Shown here piece by piece: positions 59,901 to 64,000 of a stretch of DNA of 64,000 nucleotides. A program made the position numbers and the translations under genes. The notes beneath the pieces were generated by a model. It made no database searches and was not told the origin of the DNA. It saw only the letters and a list, made by a program, of their open reading frames with translations. Source of the stretch: Alteromonadaceae bacterium (GTDB lineage Bacteria; Pseudomonadota; Gammaproteobacteria; Enterobacterales; Alteromonadaceae); contig WGGB01000001.1 of assembly GCA_015491935.1 (NCBI GenBank), positions 5,214 through 69,213 on the forward strand, read 5' to 3'. Numbering within the stretch: the stretch's first letter is position 1; every line of letters begins with the position of its first letter.

Positions 59901-61020
59901 TTTTAACGAAGATGAAAAATTATTTGACTTGCCCTTAACGCAAGCATTAGCAAAACAACTATTACGTATGACGGGTGTACGTTTACCTGATGATATATGG
60001 CAAGATGTTGAATTACCGCCACATTTAATGATGAATTTTAAAGTTGTTAATGAGCGCGGTAAATTACTTAGCCAAGGACGAGATTTAATAACCCTTAAAA
60101 ATGAATTGCAAGGTAAGGTAAAAAAATCTATTCAAAAAGTCGCCGAAAAAGGCATAGAGCAAGCAGATATTACTACATGGTCTATAGGGGCTTTACCTAA
60201 AGGTTATGAGAAAAAAGTCGCGAATATTACGATTAAAGCTTTTCCTGCACTCGTTGACCATAAAACGAGTGTTGCTATTGAGTTATTTGAACAGCAAGCG
60301 TTAGCTGAACAAGCCATGCTCGATGGTTTAACGCGCCTGATTTTACTCAATATTCCATCACCGATTAAATATTTACAACAAAAGCTGCCTAATAAGGCTA
60401 AATTAGGTTTGTACTTTAACCCGTTCGGCACCATTAATGATTTACTTAATGACTGCGTGAGTGCCGCTTGTCGTTATTTATTGCAACAATTGCCTGAACT
60501 ACCACGCAACGAAAATGACTTTAATCAAGCGCGCGATCATATACGTGCTGAAATTGCTGACTGTGTACTCACAACAGCAATTAAACTTGAACAAGCACTC
60601 AGTTTAAGTCATGACATTCGCAAAAAACTTAAAGGTAAGGTTAATTTAAATGTTATCCAAGCGCATGGCGATATTAAGGCACAGTTAGAACGTTTAATAT
60701 TCAAAGGCTTTGTGACTGAATTAGGTGTACAGCGTCTTGACGATGTTATTCGCTATTTAAAAGGTATTATACGGCGTTTAGAAAAACTCGCTATAGATGC
60801 GAATCAAGATAGATTAAAAATGTTAGACGTTGTAAAAGTAACAGAACAATATCAAGCCTTAATTGCTAAAGTTAAAAATCAACAAACAATATTACCGCAA
60901 GAAATAGCTGATATTCGTTGGATGATAGAAGAATTACGTATTTCATTTTTTGCACAAAATTTAGGAACGCCATATCCCATTTCAGTAAAACGCATATTAA
61001 ATAAATTAAAAGGGTTTTAA
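56956..61020 (+). CDS. hrpA: ATP-dependent RNA helicase HrpA (DEAH box)
   Basis: GETGSGKTTQIPK, DEAHERS, SATID, LATNVAETSLTVPGI, QRSGRCGR, plus the long HrpA C-terminal region. There is no in-frame ATG upstream of the conserved N-terminus, so a TTG start (56956 or 56971) is assumed. The start is uncertain. Confidence 0.92.
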   Translation: MCGIILSLTGSSQNSSNANKNNQNEKSELVPSLKSLFSLLKQTKNSDHGRLKNRLHGIKKITNEAKKQQALTTIAKAIEASIAAKQIKLANLPQVTYPDLPVSDNVDVISEAIKHNQVVIIAGETGSGKTTQIPKICLELGRGVDGLIGHTQPRRIAARTVASRIAQELNSNIGDVVGYKVRFTDHVTERSYIKLMTDGILLAEMQKDHLLRQYDTIIIDEAHERSLNIDFILGYLKQILPRRPDLKVIITSATIDPQRFAEHFCDAQGKPAPIIEVSGRTYPVDIHYRPLLGDNTEESDTQDIISGILAAVDELSQSSYGDILIFLNGEREIRDTAYALEKAQLRHTQILPLFSRLTVQEQNRIFAPHSGRNIVLATNVAETSLTVPGIKYVIDPGTARISRYSYRTKVQRLPIEPISQASANQRSGRCGRVSAGMCIRLYSEEDFNNRPEFTDPEILRTNLATVILQMLALDLGEISDFPFLQPPDNRNINDGVRLLEELAAVENTISKQSHHGHKLTKAGRLLAKFSIDPRLAKMLLSAIETNCVQAVMVIIAGLSIQDPRERPMEKQQAADEKHNRFKNKESDFISLLNLWQYVSEQQQQLTNNQFRRLCQKEFLSYVRLREWQDIVSQLTQTLKELKMPLGKAFLTHSIVEENIASQTKQQLQQQNDAIHQAILSGLLSHLGQLDENREYKGARGTRFYIFPGSGLAKKSPKWLMAAELVETSRLFARMAAKIEQQWIEPLAQHLTKHNYSEPHWEKKQGAVMAYEQVSLYGMIIVAKRSIHFKQFEPQTCREIFIREALVNGDCELNEAFFQHNNNLVRHIEKLEQKARRKDFLIDEEQLFDFYQQKIPQEVVCLASFKAWWQKAKKVDAKQLHFTKDFLLSDKAKVLSKADYPDTWRQGSLTLPLSYHFSPGDVDDGVSITIPIGVLNQIENTGFDWLIPALRNELVIALIKALPKSLRRNFVPAPNYAEACLARFNEDEKLFDLPLTQALAKQLLRMTGVRLPDDIWQDVELPPHLMMNFKVVNERGKLLSQGRDLITLKNELQGKVKKSIQKVAEKGIEQADITTWSIGALPKGYEKKVANITIKAFPALVDHKTSVAIELFEQQALAEQAMLDGLTRLILLNIPSPIKYLQQKLPNKAKLGLYFNPFGTINDLLNDCVSAACRYLLQQLPELPRNENDFNQARDHIRAEIADCVLTTAIKLEQALSLSHDIRKKLKGKVNLNVIQAHGDIKAQLERLIFKGFVTELGVQRLDDVIRYLKGIIRRLEKLAIDANQDRLKMLDVVKVTEQYQALIAKVKNQQTILPQEIADIRWMIEELRISFFAQNLGTPYPISVKRILNKLKGF

Positions 61021-61140
61021 ATGAATATTGAAACATTTCAGCAAAGTTGAATACATCATCAACATATTTGACAGATAAAGTTGTGCAAAGTATAAAGTAG
61101 TAAGAATAATAAAATTGTAGTCTATCAGAGGGAAAACTAA

Positions 61141-61440
61141 ATGCTTAATTATGATGATAAACGTAACTTTTATCGAATGTTACTTAACAGTGAAGTAGAG
61201 CTAACAGTCGTTGATGATGAAGCTAATAGTAAAATATTTGCGACTTGTCGCGATTTAAGTGCAACAGGGATGGCAATAGAAATGAGTTACCCGCTAGCGC
61301 TAGATACACAAGTACGCATGAAAATAGATTCATTAAATAATAATGTACAAGCGTTTGATGCTAGCGGTAAAGTTGTTCGTGTGGTTGAAGAAAACCCTGA
61401 AACCTATCTTGTTGGTATTACTATACAAGAGCTTGATTAA
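61141..61440 (+). CDS. Single-domain PilZ protein (c-di-GMP receptor type)
   Basis: 99 aa. KRNFYR (RxxxR) followed by DLSATG (DxSxxG). Confidence 0.7.
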   Translation: MLNYDDKRNFYRMLLNSEVELTVVDDEANSKIFATCRDLSATGMAIEMSYPLALDTQVRMKIDSLNNNVQAFDASGKVVRVVEENPETYLVGITIQELD

Positions 61441-61572
61441 ATATTTGTAGTGGCTTGTACGTTTTTATATATTTTTACACTTTTTAACAACAAGTCACCA
61501 AGCTATGCCTATACTTATTTTAGTCATTTAATTTAATTTTAAATTTAATTAACAAAAATAATAGGAATTGCC

Positions 61573-61842
61573 ATGAAAGTATGTTTTCAAGTTCATGTAA
61601 GTGGCACCGTACAAGGTGTGTTTTTTCGTGCATCAACACAGCAACAAGCGATAGAATATGGGATCAGTGGTTATGCTCATAACTTAGCTGATGGTGATGT
61701 TGAGTTAATGATTTGTGGAGAACAAGAAAATGTAGAGGCAATGTTGCAATGGTTAGAGCACGGGCCAGAAAATGCAGAAGTTACAGAGCTACAGAGCAAG
61801 CAAGTACCTCTACAAGAATTTAATCATTTTTCTATTGGCTAA
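61573..61842 (+). CDS. Acylphosphatase
   Basis: 89 aa. VSGTVQGVFFRASTQQQA and GYAHNLADGDVE signatures. Confidence 0.88.
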   Translation: MKVCFQVHVSGTVQGVFFRASTQQQAIEYGISGYAHNLADGDVELMICGEQENVEAMLQWLEHGPENAEVTELQSKQVPLQEFNHFSIG

Positions 61843-61853
61843 AGGTTGATTTT

Positions 61854-62825
61854 TTGAAATACATTTCAGTTAATCAACAGCAGCAATTAGTTTTTGCTGC
61901 TGTTGAATGCCCCCGTATTACGACTTCACAATGCTTAATTAAAGTTCATGCTATTGGTGTTAACCGCGCTGATATTTTGCAACGTCAAGGAAAATATCCG
62001 CCACCAGCAGGTGAATCAACCATTTTAGGTTTAGAAGTGAGTGGTGAAATTGTCGCTTGTGGTGGTGCGGTTGATCATTGGCAAAGAGGGGATAAAGTTT
62101 ACGGTTTAGTTGCTGGTGGTGGTTATGCCGAATATGTTGCAATAAACGCTGAACACTTAATGAAATTGCCTGACAATTATACTTATGAGCAAGGTGCTGC
62201 AATTGCTGAGGTATTTTTAACCGCTTATCAAAGCTTATTTTCATTGGCACAGTTACAACCGCAACAAAGTGTACTTATTCATGCTGGCGCAAGTGGCGTA
62301 GGAACAGCCGCTATTCAGTTGGCTAAAGCCAAGCAATGTAAGGTTGTGGTAACGGTTGGTCATGAAGAAAAAGCTCAAGCGTGTATTTTGCTAGGTGCAG
62401 ATGCCGCCATTAATTACCAAGAGGTTGATTTTGTCGCTTGGGCTAAAAAAAATCACCCACAAGGGTTTGATGTTATTGTTGATGTGGTTGCGGGGGAATA
62501 CTTAAATAAAAACATTAAGGTAGCAGCACTGGATGCACGTATTATTATTTTGGCCATGTTAGGAGGGCGTTTTAGCCAATCGGTAGATATAGCTAAACTT
62601 TTAATGAAACGCCTTACTATTCAAGCATCAACTTTAAGAAATCGTAGTGATGGTTATAAAAAGCAATTAATTATTGATTTTGTAAATGATTTTTATCCGT
62701 TATTGAAAAAGGGTAAAATACATCCCGTGATCGATAGTGTGTTTTCTTGGCAAGAGACTGAACAAGCACATCAATTAATGCTAACTAATAATAATATCGG
62801 AAAAATAGTGCTTAGAGTCGATTAA
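61854..62825 (+). CDS. NAD(P)H:quinone oxidoreductase, MDR/zeta-crystallin (PIG3-like) family
   Basis: 323 aa with a TTG start. AIGVNRADILQRQGKYPPP, HAGASGVGTAAIQLAK Rossmann motif. Confidence 0.85.
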   Translation: MKYISVNQQQQLVFAAVECPRITTSQCLIKVHAIGVNRADILQRQGKYPPPAGESTILGLEVSGEIVACGGAVDHWQRGDKVYGLVAGGGYAEYVAINAEHLMKLPDNYTYEQGAAIAEVFLTAYQSLFSLAQLQPQQSVLIHAGASGVGTAAIQLAKAKQCKVVVTVGHEEKAQACILLGADAAINYQEVDFVAWAKKNHPQGFDVIVDVVAGEYLNKNIKVAALDARIIILAMLGGRFSQSVDIAKLLMKRLTIQASTLRNRSDGYKKQLIIDFVNDFYPLLKKGKIHPVIDSVFSWQETEQAHQLMLTNNNIGKIVLRVD

Positions 62826-62829
62826 TTAC

Positions 62830-62869
62830 CACTAAAGACCCTTTATCACAGTATATAAAGTCTTTAGTG
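62830..62869. terminator. Candidate bidirectional hairpin between quinone oxidoreductase and DUF1653 gene
   Basis: cactaaagac (62830-62839) pairs perfectly with gtctttagtg (62860-62869). The loop is 20 nt and the right arm overlaps the minus-strand stop codon. Confidence 0.35.
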
Positions 62870-63097
62870 CGGCAAAGCATCAATATAAGTAAAACGCTTA
62901 ATTTCTTTACCCTCACGTTCAATTATTTCATCAAACATTGCTAAAGGGCGCGCCCAAATACCTAAATCATTACCTTGTTCATCAGTATATAACGGTTTAT
63001 AAATTACCAACCATTCTTGTGTTTCACTGTGTCTTGCAAGATGTAGTACTTGATAGTAATTACCTTTAAAATGTTGATATTTACCTAGTTTAAGCAT
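62864..63097 (-). CDS. DUF1653 domain protein
   Basis: 77 aa. YQHFKGNYYQVL..ARHSETQEWLVIYKPLY is typical of DUF1653. Confidence 0.7.
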   Translation of the reverse strand: MLKLGKYQHFKGNYYQVLHLARHSETQEWLVIYKPLYTDEQGNDLGIWARPLAMFDEIIEREGKEIKRFTYIDALPH

Positions 63098-63115
63098 AAT
63101 GGGTACCTAGTTAAG

Positions 63116-63511
63116 TTAAGCAAAAAACTTAGTATATACCGCTTCACCCCAAACCAACCATAATAAAATAAGCGCAATAAAAACGCCTGCTGAGGCTAAA
63201 TCTTTAGCTCGGCCGATCAATTCATCATGTTGCAATGTTATTTTATCGGCTAAAGCTTCAATAGCCGAATTTATTATTTCTGAGAATAACAAAAACAATA
63301 AGCAAGCAACTAGCATAATAAAATGTAAATTTGATTGCGCTAAATAAAAAGAAAAGGGGAATAAGATGAGGCTTAATAATAGTTCTTGGCGAAATGCAGA
63401 TTCATATTTGAATGCGGCTTTAAACCCTTTCATAGAACAATTTGCGGCTTTAAAAATTCGAGCGATACCCGTGCCATTTACCTTGTTTGTTTTTGCAGTG
63501 TCTTGAGTCAT
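63116..63511 (-). CDS. dgkA: Diacylglycerol kinase (prokaryotic, membrane)
   Basis: 131 aa with three TM helices. FRQELLL, EIINSAIEALADKI, AKDLASAGV. Confidence 0.9.
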   Translation of the reverse strand: MTQDTAKTNKVNGTGIARIFKAANCSMKGFKAAFKYESAFRQELLLSLILFPFSFYLAQSNLHFIMLVACLLFLLFSEIINSAIEALADKITLQHDELIGRAKDLASAGVFIALILLWLVWGEAVYTKFFA

Positions 63512-63774
63512 AAATACGTTACATGATCATAAAATAAAATTGGCATTATAAGCGATTGGATTTAATAGTCTAATAAGAATAATAATAACCTTGTAATAAA
63601 CTATAAATATTAGGATATAAATGTCATTAAGTTAAACCTGTGTAACAAGTCTAACCCTATGGTATAGATTGACTTTTTTGTTATTTTAAACTAGTATAAG
63701 CCCATAAAAAATCATCTTTCCTTCCTGATTTTTTAACGACAAAATCAATATAATTTATTTATTAAGGATATGCC

Positions 63775-64000
63775 ATGCATCAATTGGTATTAATATCATT
63801 GTTGTTAATTATCGCTTCTGGCGTGTGCGCCATTTTTGCTGGTTTTGATGACAAAATAGCAAAAAAACTTCATTTTATTTTACTTGGCGCAGGTGGCTTG
63901 TTAACCGCTATTCTAAGCTTTTGGATATTATTTAATGGTTATTCTTTTCAATGGCAACTTCCTTTTGGATTACCTTGGATGCAATGGCAGCAAAAGCTAG
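63775..64000 (+). CDS. Partial (5' end) polytopic membrane protein, possibly a proton-conducting NuoL/HyfB/MnhD-like subunit
   Basis: ATG 63775 is open to the window end (MHQLVLISLLLIIASGVCAIFAG...). Two predicted TM helices; only 75 codons are visible. Confidence 0.3.
   Translation, partial: MHQLVLISLLLIIASGVCAIFAGFDDKIAKKLHFILLGAGGLLTAILSFWILFNGYSFQWQLPFGLPWMQWQQKL

Overview
AT-rich gammaproteobacterial chromosome segment. Gene order (uvrY-uvrC-pgsA-tRNA Gly/Cys/Leu, rnfABCDGE-nth, sppA/ansA/ydjA, fabA, hrpA) resembles marine Alteromonadales such as Colwellia-like organisms; the taxon is inference only. There are about 50 protein genes and most are housekeeping: lysA, aldB-like ALDH, two NhaC-type antiporters, a GH3 hexosaminidase, gcdH, the full rnf operon, nth, a kinase-murQ-namZ MurNAc cluster, uvrY/uvrC/pgsA, ansA, sppA, ydjA, fabA, an FAD/Fe-S D-lactate dehydrogenase-type enzyme, hrpA and dgkA. 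RNA genes are a 6-gene tRNA array (Gly-Cys-Leu-Gly-Gly-Leu) with two decayed tRNA-Gly copies. The clearly accessory parts are: (1) the left edge, where a more than 1140-codon minus-strand ORF runs off the window and is therefore absent from the supplied track. It encodes a transglutaminase-like domain fused to a DUF4011/Upf1-like SF1 helicase with foreign-looking codon usage, and is my best candidate for part of an undescribed defence-type system whose remainder lies outside the window. (2) Two decayed IS transposase genes (IS1595-like, IS1634/IS4-like) joined at a perfect palindrome between ydjA and fabA. (3) A transposase-like scar between rrtA and nth. Other points worth a second look: a LysR-gcdH operon carrying a fused E1 alpha-beta TPP enzyme plus a FabD-like acyltransferase with no E2/E3; a YfiR-domain/coiled-coil histidine-kinase-like protein with no His at the canonical H-box position; and a LapD/CsrD-like protein with degenerate GGDEF and EAL motifs. 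I saw no CRISPR array, prophage or integron. All family assignments come from reading motifs by eye and from memory of the families. No searches were run.
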